A DNA stretch of 63,909 nucleotides, the filler included, from Octopus bimaculoides (taxonomy: Eukaryota), in assembly GCF_001194135.2 (NCBI RefSeq). It is 9 parts of 9 records of this genome, joined end to end, with 100 filler letters (N's around TTAATTAATTAA, not from the genome) between each part and the next. Parts side by side here need not be neighbours in the genome. Positions count along the whole stretch, not along the records: positions 11,824 to 18,300 come from NC_068988.1; positions 18,401 to 25,484 come from NC_068990.1; 7 more parts are not named here. The stretch is one strand, 5' to 3'. Each line of letters starts with the position of its first letter. Position 1 is the first letter of the stretch. Below the pieces are notes generated by a model. The model saw nothing but the letters and a program-made list of their open reading frames with translations. It ran no database searches and was not told the DNA's origin. Below, in pieces: positions 12,172 through 23,983 of this stretch. Position numbers and translations under genes: made by a program.

Positions 12172-12386
12172 AAGGTGGTTAGCTGGCAGAATCACTAGCA
12201 TGCTAAACAAAATACTTAATGCTATTTCACGCATTGCTATGTTCTGAGTTCAAATTCCACCGAGGTTGACTTTGCCTTACATCCTTTCAGGGTTGATAAA
12301 TTAAGTAACAGTGAAACACTCGAGTCGATGTAATTGACTAGTCCTCTCCCCATCAATTCTAGGACTTGTGCTTATAGTAGAAAGTA
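12172..12386 (+). mobile_element. tRNA-derived SINE, family A (local label), flanked by (TTA)n
   Basis: Head AAGGTGGTTAGCTGGCAGAATC, B box GTTCTGAGTTCAAATTCC, core CATCCTTTCAGGGTTGATAAATTAAGTA, tail CTTGTGCTTATAGTAGAAAG. Confidence 0.9.
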
Positions 12387-12415
12387 ATATTATTATCATT
12401 ATTATTATTATTATT

Positions 12416-15400
12416 CCTTCATAACACAGTATAGGTAAAAATGCACCGGAGTCTTTAGACATCTGTCAAGTCACAACAAGGACCTCAGACAGATAATACT
12501 TTCCTTAAGATGTGCGCTGTGCCCAATAAGCCTGCTTTTTGCAAGACATCAGTCTTGCATGGGATTTCCAGTTGCCTTAAGAAGTTTTGAAGTTTCAATG
12601 GGATTGAGCCCAACGCACCGATCACCACTGGTATCACTTTTACATTACCTTCTCGCATTCCATACAGTCTTGCCTCTTCCACTTTCGATTCGGAGTTAGT
12701 GGTGATTTTTTCAACCTCTTTACTCACAACATTCATATCATTTGGTATGGCTACATCAATGATCTAACAGTATTTATCTCTCTTATTCAATATGACAATA
12801 TCCAGCCGACGGTGTTCGATTACACGATCCATCTGAAAATCATAGTCACAGAGTATCGTTACTTTTCCATCCTCCTGCATAACTTTACTTCGTACATGCT
12901 CATACCAGTTCTCTGTTACTTCATATTGGTATTTATGGCATAAGAGCCAATGACTATGCACACATACTTTATCGTGGTGGCGCTTGTATTCTTTTTGTGC
13001 AAGACTCTCACATCCACTTATCAAATGGGTCACATTCTCCAAACTGTTTCCACAGAGTCTGCATTTCTGGGTGTCAGAAGTTTTATAGATGTTATACTTC
13101 ACTGAATTAGTACCGAGAGCCTGGTCTTGTGCTGCAATGATCAGACTTGGTCTCTCTTGATGGTAAATGCAGGCTGCTTTCTTCCCGCTTTTCATATTAA
13201 GTACTGAGCATTTGGTAATCCCAAATTCCATACCAATGTCCCAACCACACTTCTGGACTGTTTTGGTTAAAGAATCTATCTGTTTTTCAGATTTCCCAAA
13301 CAATTTCAGGCCATCCATAAACAGAAAATGGTTCAATGATGGGCCTTTCTTCCCACATCGGTAACCCATCTTAACTTTCCTAAGTGTCATTGTTATGGGT
13401 ATTAGTGCAATTACAAAAAGTAAGAGAAAACGAGACACCTTGGAAGATTCCCCTTTTAATATTAACTTCTCCAAGGAATACATTACTTGAGTACAATTTG
13501 GTTTTCCACTCTTTCGTGCTATGCATCAGAAAATTTGTGATGTTGTCAACAACACCAAACATCTGCAGGCAGTCAACGATCCATATGCTTTCTTAAAGTT
13601 AATCCAAGCGTTAGATATGTTTGTATGATGTTTTTTACAATGCCTCAAAACTGTTTTATCAATTACCAGGTGATCCTTGCTACCCTGAGAATGCTTTCTA
13701 CATCTTTTTTGTTCCCTTGGTAGTATTTCTTACTGTGCCAAGAGAGTGTATGTCTTTGCCGCACATATTTCAGTAAGTGTCTTCCAAATTATATTTAGGC
13801 ATGCTATTTGATGGTAGTTTCCCACAATATTTCCCACAATATTCCTCCTGGCCACCTTCCATGCGGAGACTGTACCTTTCTGGACACACTCAATCAATTG
13901 AGCTGCTATTTTTTCATGTACCACATGGCATCTCTTCAGCTAGAAGCCATGAATCCCATCTGGTCCGGGGGTTTTCCAGTTAGGCACTTTACCTACTTGT
14001 TCTTTCACATTACCTGTACTCATGACAATATTCTTTTGCTTCTTTCCTCTTTTTAATTCTGCCTTGATAGTTCCTATCCACATTACATCCCTTTTATGCA
14101 CCACATTGTTTCCCCATAATCCACTCCAGAACTCCTTGGCTTGATTTGCATCAGGAGCAACATTTTCTTAACGTTCAGAAGAATTGCTTCGGGTCATTTT
14201 TGAACAATCTCTTCTCCTCAAACTGTTTCTTTCTGTTCACAAATCTTCTGATCTTCTTGCTTTTTGCCATGATCCTCTGTTTTAGCTGCTCTATTGCTGC
14301 ATCAAACCCATTCTTCCCTATTTTATATTTCTTCTCTAATTTTCCTCGGTCGGTCTTTTTCCCATTTTTCCAGTTTCCTCTTAACCATTGCTCAGTTTTT
14401 CCTAGATCTTGCCTTGCCCACATTATGTCCCTTTCAGTGCATCGTTTCCACCATGCTTCTTTTGCTCCACCAGTTTTTGTTCCCTTAAATTGTAATTTCT
14501 CCTCAACAAGTAGCACAATAGCTCAGAGAAGATTCCTTGTTTGTGTTATGTCCTCCGTCTAGAAGTATGGTATGACAGTATTTATCTTTTGTGTTACTTT
14601 ATCTATCATACTCCTATCTACCCTTCTCATATTCATGGTGATTTTTTTCTTCTAGAGCATTCATCAAGTTGGTGAGTCATCTTTGAATTTCAAGCAATTC
14701 ATCATCTAGTTGGTTCATTTCTCCTGCATTGTTCACCCACCACAGTATCAGGGTTCACTGTATAACATTCCTATTCTTCATCCTTAACAGCCCCGTCATC
14801 ATTCCCTTGTTCCTCCTATCTACTGTTCAGCCTGTTTTCAAGTCCTACCTCGCTGTTTTCAACTCTGACCATCCTTTGTAGCCCATCAGCAGGGTCTTTC
14901 AAACTCTCACTAATCCGAGATATTTCTATTCCAGTTAAGTAACCCTTCCTTCTAATCACTCCCACTTGTTTCATTAGTTTATTTTCTGACATTAGACACA
15001 TGTCCTTCTTCATCCAAAATTTCAACATATGTCGGCTTACTCTGCAATTTCTTTCCAGCTTTGCTCTTTCATGACATTCAATATGTGTATCATAGTCTTC
15101 CTTTGTCTGTTTTTGTGCACACCGTGTATGTGATCTGTTGTAACAACGACCATCCAAGGCCAGATCACTGCCCCTGATGCAGGCAGTTTTGGACGTGCTG
15201 GGCGAGAAACTTTCACCATGATTGGCTATAGCTTCATTCTTGCCATTAATTAAGGAGGTAAGCACCTGCCAGTATATACGAATGCACAATTACAAAAACT
15301 GTAAACCACAGCAAAACTTATAAAAAGAAAAGGAAAAACAAACAAAAACTTCAGAAATTCAAACATTCAACGATGTAAACATCATTATATATGTCTAGTA

Positions 15401-15420
15401 TTATTTTTTCTATGAGTAAT
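12416..15420 (-). mobile_element. Near full-length, inactivated R4/Dong-clade non-LTR retrotransposon
   Basis: Fragmented ORFs show RT (RGIFQG, LNHFLFMDGLKLFGK, GMEFGITKC) and a CCHC finger (CRLC..ENVTHLISGC). They also show a REL nuclease (RRLDIVI..IIDVAIP) and the C-terminus VIGALG..LLGTAHILRKVLSV. The 3' end abuts (TAA)n, the known Dong target. Confidence 0.92.
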
Positions 15421-15714
15421 TAAAAATAGACAAAGTGAATTACTTCTTTTCAAGGCCAAGATCAGCGCTCTCATTGATCGCTAGTAGCAGTAAACACATT
15501 TGACTTCTACTGACCCAAAGGGTGTGAGGTCTCTTTTGTCTCCTTATCGCGCAGGAATGTCCATTGCTGATCTCCTCACCATCTGCCGAATCTATTTACA
15601 GACCTGTAGAATTTGCTGATACTCTTCCTCCTACTATTTCCTTACTCACATATTTATGATTATCTCAAGTTTAAGACAAAAGTTGAAACTAAACAACATT
15701 TAATAATAAATGGA

Positions 15715-15747
<33 letters not shown>

Positions 15748-15861
15748 TATTATTATTATTANNNNNNNNNNNNNNNNNNNNNNNNNNNNNNNNNNNNNNN
15801 NNNNNNNNNNNNNNNNNNNNNNNNNNNNNNNNNNNNNNNNNNNNNNNNNNNNNNNNNNNNN

Positions 15862-17396
15862 GTGTGCTGGGGGTGCGTTGTATAAGGGTATAATGAAGTT
15901 TGTGGTATTTGCATTTGTACGATGTTTGTAGGATCTGGCGAAAATTCTTTTGCAATTTCTGTTGTTGTTGTTGCTGGTTCTGTTGTTGTTGGTTCTGTTA
16001 TTTTCTTCTTTGGTGTGGAGGTTCTTGGTGTTGGTGTTGGTTTGGTGATGGCTGGATATGGTGGTGTGTCTTTTCGTGGTGTTGGTGGTGATGGTGTTGG
16101 TGGTGTGGAGGCTTTTGGTTGTTGTTGTTGTTGCTGCAGGAATTTTCTTTTTTTGTCTTCTTCCACTCTTTGCTTATAGATGGGGCAGTCTTTCTTTAGG
16201 TGTTTTTCGCTGCTGCAGAGGTAGCACTTTAGTCTGCGCCCCTCTCCAGCAACGTGTATCCTACTGCCATCCAGCAAGTTTATTGCGTCGGGTATGGCAT
16301 TTATGCTGTCTTGTTCAATTTGAACAAGGAGTTGCATTTCCATACCCGACCAGTTTTTTTCTTTCATTCTATGCACCTCCAGAATAGTGGCAGTCTCTTC
16401 AATGTCGAAGAGCACAGCTGCCACTAGCCAGGAGATGTTCAGTTCTAGCGGCACTTGATCTATTTTTATTTTTGTCACGCGCCGACCACGGTATGTCGGC
16501 ACGAGTAATAGATCGTCCGCCTTTAATGGTGTTGTGGAGTGCCGGATGGCATCCTCTTCTGTTGGGAAGCATACTTCCACTGTTCCAAAGCGCCTCCTTT
16601 TGTTCACGAAAGTTTTTTGGCCCCATATGGGCTTTAGAGCTATCTCCAATCTCTGTGGGGTAACACTCTCCATCTTGTGGTATCTTGTGTTGAAAACCAT
16701 GTATATTATTGTTCTTCTATTTGTTGCTTGTATCAATGCTTGTGGAGTGTTAAGAAAGACATTATTGCCACCTTTTCTTAGCAATTCCTTGGCATTCTTT
16801 TTTTCTGCCATTGTAACTTTGATTTCTTCCGAGCTCTACTTAGCTGCGGAAGCGAAACCGTTACAATGGCTACTGGTTGTGGTCTTGGTGCTGTTGCTGG
16901 TGTTGTTTTCTTTGTTTTCTTTGTTCTTTTTTTCTTCCTCCTTCTCCGGTGTAGGAGCTATGGTGGTGAGAGCTGGGAAGTGAGTGTCAGCAAGTCTGTT
17001 AAACNNNNNNNNNNNNNNNNNNNNNNNNNNNNNNNNNNNNNNNNNNNNNNNNNNNNNNNNNNNNNNNNNNNNNNNNNNNNNNNNNNNNNNNNNNNNNNNN
17101 NNNNNNNNNNNNNNNNNNNNNNNNNNNNNNNNNNNNNNNNNNNNNNNNNNNNNNNCGCTGCACGTGGCAGAACGTTCCTCGGCATTCAAAACTCTGCCCT
17201 TTATGGCGTCAACTGGGCGGGGTGAAATGTGACTTGACACGTCATTCTTTTTGTCGGGGAGTGATGCAGAGAGAAGAGAACAGCTCGCTGCTCTCTTCAA
17301 TGACATTTTGCCTTTTATGGCATTAACTGGGCGGGGTGAAATTCGACTTGACACGTCATTCTTTTTGTTGGAGAGTGATGCTTTCTTCAACGACAT
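15862..17396 (-). pseudogene. ORF1 nucleic-acid-binding protein of the Tx1/L1-type element, one in-frame TAG at 16836-16838
   Basis: ORF-track entries 16836-17396 and 15759-16811 are in the same frame. They are separated only by TAG plus 8 sense codons (SSEEIKVT). Confidence 0.75.
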
Positions 17397-17610
17397 TTTG
17401 CAAAAATGTTATGTGTAAAAATGTGAAAATAGAAATGTTCAAACGAAAATTTCGCCCCTAAATGGGGGAAATTTCGCCTAACCGACTTGCTCCGCAAGAA
17501 CCTAGTCGGCTTGGCTACAACGATATATAAAAATTAAAACAGATTTCAAAAGATTTCTGGGTAAAAACGGCAACAACTTACAGAGCTTCGGGAGACACGT
17601 CCATCCGCTT
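15862..17610 (-). mobile_element. 5' part of a Tx1/L1-type LINE: 5' UTR plus gag-like ORF1; 3' side lost in a gap
   Basis: ORF 16811 to the gap has the CCHC knuckle CYLCSSEKHLKKDC followed by a Pro/Thr-rich tail. It is homologous to the ORF1 remnants at 56.5-59.2 kb (RFGTVEVCFPTEE vs RFATIEVCFKSEE). Confidence 0.85.
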
Positions 17611-17988
17611 GAAAGGCATAATAATAAAGTGTTAACTTTAATCGTAAATGAAAAGAAAGAATGGTAGCAGAGGACTGATTAGTATAGTCCATTGTATAAG
17701 GAGTGAAAGGAGAACGCTTGCCGAGTATTTGATAGTGATGAAGATCTGCTGCAATATACCAGGGCCCATATTATTATTGATAATTTTAATAGAACAATGG
17801 TGGAAATGATAATCACTGTGGTTATGGAAGCAACACAATGCAGACACGTTATTTATATATATATGTGTATGTAAATACATGTGCATGTGTATATACAAAT
17901 AAAGAGAGAAAGAGATGGATGGGATCTCAATAACAACTCTCATGTGAACCCTACAAACAACTCATGTAATCATGATGCAACATAACAA

Positions 17989-18040
<52 letters not shown>

Positions 18041-18044
<4 letters not shown>

Positions 18045-18300
18045 TAGTTTTATTTTTATAACGTGCTTTCACTTCACTACCGAGCGCAGCTCTGTGCGCC
18101 TTGGGTATGTGCTGTGGTTTGCTGTGGTGCTCTTATGTTTACTGTATTGAAAGTGTTTTGCGTAGAATGTGTGCAGTACCCAGTAGTGCAATTTTCTGTA
18201 TGTTATATATATTTGTAAGTCCTGGTGTTTTTGTTATGTATTTGTCTGAATATTTTTTTTATTATACCTAAGGCACCTACTATGATAGGAATTGTTTCTG
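18041..18300 (-). mobile_element. 3' end of an R4/Dong-clade element (second subfamily) ending in (TAA)n
   Basis: The minus strand encodes VGALGIIKKYSDKYITKTPGLTNIYNIQKIALLGTAHILRKTLSIQ*, then a 3' UTR and (AAT)n. Confidence 0.9.
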
Positions 18301-18400
18301 NNNNNNNNNNNNNNNNNNNNNNNNNNNNNNNNNNNNNNNNNNNNTTAATTAATTAANNNNNNNNNNNNNNNNNNNNNNNNNNNNNNNNNNNNNNNNNNNN

Positions 18401-18699
18401 CAGCTGGCTTATCGACACACGACTGTGTCCTGTTTGCCAAGGGAAGTTATCCCTCTCACCACGATCTGCAGCACGAACGGATCCGGATTTCAGGGTTATT
18501 TCCCTTCGTCGGCGTTCGATAGCTGCTGACCTTGGTGAGAGAGACAAAAACCTGGCAATCTTATATCTTCTTTTCCAGTGAAATTCTTCACTGATATCGA
18601 AAAGGTGAAAACAAGCAATGTTAATTCTCTAAATGAAGTATTAACAGTAACTGCACGATAAAGTGTAGTATATTGCCACTTAAGTGTGGCTGACCCCTA
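18401..18699. repeat. Young interspersed repeat, copy 1 (candidate LTR end)
   Basis: 18503-18699 matches 41125-41321 with 3 mismatches in 197 bp by my count. Confidence 0.85.
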
Positions 18700-18939
18700 T
18701 ACACACATGTCTCTGTTCGTGTGTGTGTGTGTTTCCACGGTGTCATCAGCTGGGTCGGTGACTGATGCTTCATATTATATAATGCCATAACAGTAACAGT
18801 AAGGAATGAATAACGTGGTATCAATGGTATCCAGAAATAGAAGCAAAAATCTTCCTAAATGAAACATGAAACACTACTTTCTTAAATCATCACCATCCTG
18901 AACATCGTCTTTCCCATCGTCATCATCGTCATCATCATC

Positions 18940-18989
<50 letters not shown>

Positions 18990-19224
18990 TGCCATCGTCA
19001 TCAACTACATTGTTTTACTGAATTTTGTTATCATAATCCCCCTGCTTGATGATAAATAAAATAGGTCATTGCGTGTTCAGAATAAAGAGTGATAAAACGT
19101 AGAAGTGTAATATGAAAACAAATCATTCCATGGAATAGACGTTCATAAGTTAATGACTGCCAGCAATGGAGGAATTGTTATTATTGTTATTATTACCATT
19201 GTTAGTACTATAAATAATCTAGCA

Positions 19225-19351
19225 ATGGCCACTAACACCGAGATCGCTGTTGATAAAACACAACCAGAAAGACATCGGGTTTGGAAATTTTATCTCACTT
19301 TTTTCGGGATTACATTACTTCATCTAAGTCTAGGGGCCCCGTTTATTATAG
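19225..19351 (+). CDS. MFS transporter (oxalate:formate antiporter-like), coding exon 1
   Basis: ATG at 19225 gives MATNTEIAVDKTQPERHRVWKFYLTFFGITLLHLSLGAPFII+G (TM1). Donor GTGAGA at 19352, phase 1. The frame is also open upstream to the ATG at 19153. Confidence 0.85.
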
Positions 19352-19539
19352 GTGAGATTCATTAAATCATTATTATTGTTGTTGGTGATGTTGTTGTTTT
19401 TGTTGTTGTTGTTTATTTTTAATCTGCCTGTTTGTTACAATCACTTGCCGTGACACACTAACCCTCCTAGAGCGAATGAAAGAGATGTTGCATTGACTAA
19501 AAGTTTGGGGAGGGAAAGTGGCAGGGGCAGCAGCGTTAT

Positions 19540-19750
19540 ATCTTCATGTAATACAACACAGATATTTAAACTGATAAGGCTTTTCTGAAGACGTGAACAG
19601 TACTTGTCAGCACAATCTTTTGGATTCCTCTGAGACATGGTTCTTCTGGGATATTGTCTAGATGTTTCTCATATTCCTTTTTTACCATACCTAGGGCACC
19701 TACAATAACAGGAATAGTTCTTGCTTCAAGATACCATAACATTTTCTTAT
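19540..19750 (-). mobile_element. 3' fragment of an R4/Dong-clade element in intron 1
   Basis: It encodes MLWYLEARTIPVIVGALGMVKK...IQKIVLTSTVHVFRKALSV* and lies next to (ATT)n/(ATC)n tracts. Confidence 0.85.
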
Positions 19751-19785
19751 TTTCAATTTCATTATTATTATCATTATTATTATGA

Positions 19786-19816
<31 letters not shown>

Positions 19817-19824
19817 TATTATTA

Positions 19825-19855
<31 letters not shown>

Positions 19856-19949
19856 CATCATCATCATCATCATCATCATCATTATTATTATAATTATTAT
19901 TATCATTATTATTATTATTATTAGTAGTAGTAGTAGTAGTAGTAGTATT

Positions 19950-20385
19950 GAGGCGGTAAGAGCACAGAACCGTTAGCACGCCGGGCGAAATGCTTAGCAG
20001 TATTTCGTCTGCCGCAACGTTCTGAGTTCAAGTACCTCCGAGGTCGACTTTGCCTTTCATTCTTTCGGGGTCGATTAAATAAGTGTCAGTTAAGCACTGG
20101 GGTGGATGTAATCGACTCACCCCCTCCTCACCAAATTTTCAAGGTCTTGTGCCGAGAGTAGAAATTAATATTAAAGATATCTTTAAGGCGGTGGTATTTT
20201 ACCCGTCAACACGTTCTGAATTCGCCCGTCATTACGTTCAAATTTCCGCCGAGGTCGTCTTTGCCTTTCATCCTTTCGGGGTCGATAAATTAAGTACCAG
20301 TGAAACAACGGGGGGGGGGGCGATGTAATCGATTAGTTCCCTCCTTACAAATGCCAGGCCTTGTGCCTTTCGTAGAAAGGATTGT
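19950..20385 (+). mobile_element. Two tandem family A SINE copies in intron 1
   Basis: The core GAGGTCGACTTTGCCTTTCAT.CTTTCGGGGTCGAT occurs twice (about 20040 and 20250), each followed by the family tail. Confidence 0.9.
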
Positions 20386-20411
20386 TATCATCACTGTTAT
20401 TTTTGTTATAG

Positions 20412-20601
20412 GTAACATTATACCGTATGTCGTGTCCTACATGCGGCTGGTAGGGAAAGACGCAACCTTAACATACGATGATGGAATTTGGTTGGTGTCC
20501 ATGGGGACAACCGCCTTTGGTCTCAGCATGATGTTCACATCTTATATAGAAAATGTTTTGGGCTTTAGAAAAACAATTCTGTTTGGTTCATTAATCCAGA
20601 G
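20412..20601 (+). CDS. MFS transporter, coding exon 2
   Basis: Acceptor TTTTGTTATAG, 190 nt, donor GTACGT. It encodes NIIPYVVSYMRLVGKDATLTYDDGIWLVSMGTTAFGLSMMFTSYIENVLGFRKTILFGSLIQ (TM2, loop, TM3). Phases 1 and 2 fit the neighbouring exons. Confidence 0.92.
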
Positions 20602-20746
20602 GTACGTATTATGTAATACTTTTACCATTTTCTCCATTAAACCTATAAATATACCATGGTATCTTTTAATTTATATATTATACTTGTGTCAGTGAAATAA
20701 CTTAGTAATATAAAAATAGAAATGCTTATCATCCTTTCTTTCTTAA

Positions 20747-21409
20747 CCCATTGCTTGCCATGAGCCCCATCTGGGGATCTGCTTAAACCATTACCTCCCA
20801 TAATTCTATTAACTGGAATTTTGTAATGAAACTTTGAATCAGAGAAATATACCCAGTAGATATAGCAAAAAGATTAGATATGTGTAAATATTGACAGATA
20901 ATTACGAAACTCGTAATTTTTAAGTGATCTCATATGAGATCACTCGTAGGTAATGGGTTAAAACTGTCTTACTGCCGGTTGCTCGTTGTATTTGAAGTGA
21001 ATTGCTTATGCACTTTGCATTTGCAGAGGTGTGTTTAACAATATTTAGTTTGTCATCATTAGCTCTGGCTAATCCGAGTGGACATTTTATGTCATAAATC
21101 GCAATTTTTGAACTACAAAAATACTGACTGTTTTGAAAACGCTTTTCTTTCTTTTCACATTTCACACCTATATCATTCATTCGATACTATAGCTTCAAAA
21201 AACTAAAATGTTCATTATAGCAATTGAGTGGAAAAGGATAAATATGCGTTTTTGCAGCGGTCACTAATTGGGACTTTTTCGAAAAATTCACCGTAATTTC
21301 CAAAATAATTCACATGGGGAGAAAATTTAAATACTATATATTATTTTAACTCCTAAAACACCCAGCAAAGCTAAAAAAATATGAATTTAAAAAATTGGCA
21401 GTTAACGGG
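20747..21409. mobile_element. Non-autonomous piggyBac-like element with TTAA target duplication
   Basis: TTAA|CCCATTGCTTGCCA at the left end and TGGCAGTTAACGGG|TTAA at the right end (imperfect TIR, 10 of 14 matches). Confidence 0.7.
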
Positions 21410-21469
21410 TTAAATAACTTCTCTTAATCTTTTTCACCCTGTGGAATTTCGACGGGTCCCTCTAGTCAC

Positions 21470-21900
21470 ATTAAATTATATTATACCATATCATATTATA
21501 TTGTGTTATATCATTTATTATATCATATAATAACATATAATATTATATTGTCTTATATTATATCATATCAGATTACATAATTTTATATTATATCATATCA
21601 TGTTATATTATATTATAACATATATCATACTATATTGCCTTATATTGTATTATATTATATTATAACATGTATTATATCATATTATATTGTCTTATGTCAT
21701 ATAATAACATATACTATATTATAACATGTATATCATATTATAACATGTATTATATCATATTATATTGTCTTATATCATATAATTTTATAAGATTACATAA
21801 TCACACCATATTATGTTATATTATAACATATATTATATCATATTATATTGACTTATATTGTATTATATAATATTATATTATACAATATTACATCATATAT
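21470..21900. repeat. AT-rich (TATTA/TATCA) low-complexity tract with internal tandem duplications
   Basis: ATAACATGTATTATATCATATTATATTGTCTTAT recurs. Confidence 0.9.
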
Positions 21901-21905
21901 TTTAG

Positions 21906-22032
21906 TGCTTCAACCTTAGTGTCATATTACACAATCCAGAGTTCATATTACTATTTTGTAATAACTGAAGGATTTCTCAATAGTGCCGCCGGTTCCATTC
22001 CTTATGTTGTGACAGTGTCCTGTGCCATGAAG
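21906..22032 (+). CDS. MFS transporter, coding exon 3
   Basis: Acceptor TATTTTAG, 127 nt, donor GTAAGA. It encodes (S)ASTLVSYYTIQSSYYYFVITEGFLNSAAGSIPYVVTVSCAMK. Phases 2 and 0. This exon is absent from the ORF track. Confidence 0.92.
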
Positions 22033-22074
22033 GTAAGAACATTTATATTGCTTTGACAATATTCTATCATTACC

Positions 22075-22800
22075 CTCCTCCTTCTTCTTTGTGCCTTCCT
22101 CCTAATCCTTCTCCTCGTCCTCCTGCTCCACCTCCTTCTCGTGCTTCTTTTCCTACTTCGCCTCTTTATCTTTCTCCTCCTACTTCTCCTGCCACTCTTT
22201 GTCCTAGTCGCCAACACATTCATTGACGTCATCATCATCGTCATTATATAAATCTTCATCCTCGTTCTCTCCCTCCTCTTCCCTCTCCTCATCGTCTTTA
22301 TCCTCGCTTCCTGCCTCGTTTTCTTCCTCCTCTTACTTCTCCTCCACTCCTTCTTTGTTCTCTTCCTCCTCTTACTTCTCCTCCACTCCTTCTTTGTTCT
22401 CTACCTCCCCTTCCTTCTCCTCATCCACTTTTTCTTCCTCGTTCTTTCTCCTCTTCCCTCTCCTCATCCTCCCCTCCTTCCTCCTTCGCTCCCTCCTCTT
22501 CCTTTTCCTCATCTTTCATATATATCTTCCCCTCCTTCCTCGTTCTCCTCCTCTTCCTTCTCTTCATCCTTCCCTTCTTCCTCGTTCTATCCCTCTTCTC
22601 TCTCTTCATCCTACCTTCCTTCCTCGTTCTCTTCCTCGTCTTCCTTCTCCCTCCCCTCCCCTTCTTCCTCGTTCTCTCCCTCCTCTTCTTTCTCCTCCCC
22701 CTCCTCTTCCTCCCCCCCTTCTCGTCGTTGTCATCATCAACATCACCATTTTTCATCATACTCATTATTATCACCTTCACCTCCACCTTTATCCCCACCA
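22075..22800. repeat. (CTT/CCT)-rich polypyrimidine-polypurine tract
   Basis: Directly visible; the long Arg/Lys and Ser/Pro ORFs here are compositional by-products. Confidence 0.95.
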
Positions 22801-22945
22801 GTGTTCCTCCACAATTTTCTATTTTCTGTTTGTTTTTCACCGACGTGACCCCTTTGGCTGCCATTTTGCTCGGTTGAACCCTCCAAGGCATTCAGTGTTT
22901 AAAATATTCCTATTATACTTCGGTAAAGAATTATTATCTTAGGAA

Positions 22946-23288
22946 TTTTATTCTTTCATTTGTTTCAGTCATTTGAACGCGGCCATGCTGGAGCACCGTC
23001 TTTAGTCGAACAAATCGACCCCGGGATTTATTCTTAGCCGAACGGCTAATTTACGGGGACGTAAACACACCNNNNNNNNNNNNNNNNNNNNNNNNNNNNN
23101 NNNNNNNNNNNNNNNNNNNNNNNNNNNNNNNNNNNNNNNNNNNNNNNNNNNNNNNNNNNNNNNNNNNNNNNNNNNNNNNNNNNNNNNNNNNNNNNNNNNN
23201 NNNNNNNNNNNNNNNNNNNNNNNNNNNNNNNNNNNNNNNNNNNNNNNNNNNNNNNNNNNNNNNNNNNNNNNNNNNNNNNNNNNNNNNN

Positions 23289-23323
<35 letters not shown>

Positions 23324-23490
23324 TACGACGGGCTTCTTTCAGTTTCCGTCTACCAAATCCACTCACAAGGCTTTGGTCGGCCCGAGGCTATAGTAGGAGA
23401 CACTTGCCCAAGGTGCCACGCAATGGGACTGAACTCGGAACCATGTGCTTGATAAGCAGGCTACTTACCACACAACCACTCCTACGCCTA
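22946..23490 (-). mobile_element. Family B SINE with an internal microsatellite (partly in a gap)
   Basis: The head/body at 23325-23490 and the tail at 22946-23071 (..CCAGCATGGCCGCGTTCAAATGACTGAAACAAAT on minus) are separated by (TA)n plus N. Confidence 0.9.
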
Positions 23491-23924
23491 TCAAGCAATT
23501 GTTGAAATACTTCGTGCATTTCAGAATTATAACCAATTATACATTGCAGATAAGTTTTAATAACAAAATCTCATATTGACCCCATCAAGGACCATAGGGA
23601 ACCCTGTGAAAGACCACTGATCCACACCAACTTTCTTCCCCTCCTCCTCTTCTTCTTATTCCTCCTCCTCCTCCTCCTCCTCATTATCATAATCATTATC
23701 ATCCTCTTCCTCCCCCTCGGCCAAATCATCATAATTCCTATCATCCCCTTCTCGACCTTTCCTCTGCCTGCTTCACCCCTGCACTTCTCTTCATTATCAA
23801 CACCAATATCGTCGTCGTCGTCGTCATCACCAGCTCGCTGCTGTCATAATAATAATTATAACAATGATAATAATAATTTCATCTATTTACCGCCAAGGCG
23901 AAGGATGAAGGGGACAATACAATC

Positions 23925-23968
<44 letters not shown>

Positions 23969-23983
23969 TCCAATGTATTCCAG

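Noticed and set aside
22002-22942. Arg/Lys-rich (protamine-like) and Ser/Pro-rich ORFs
   Set aside because: They are compositional effects of the CTT/CCT tract inside an intron.
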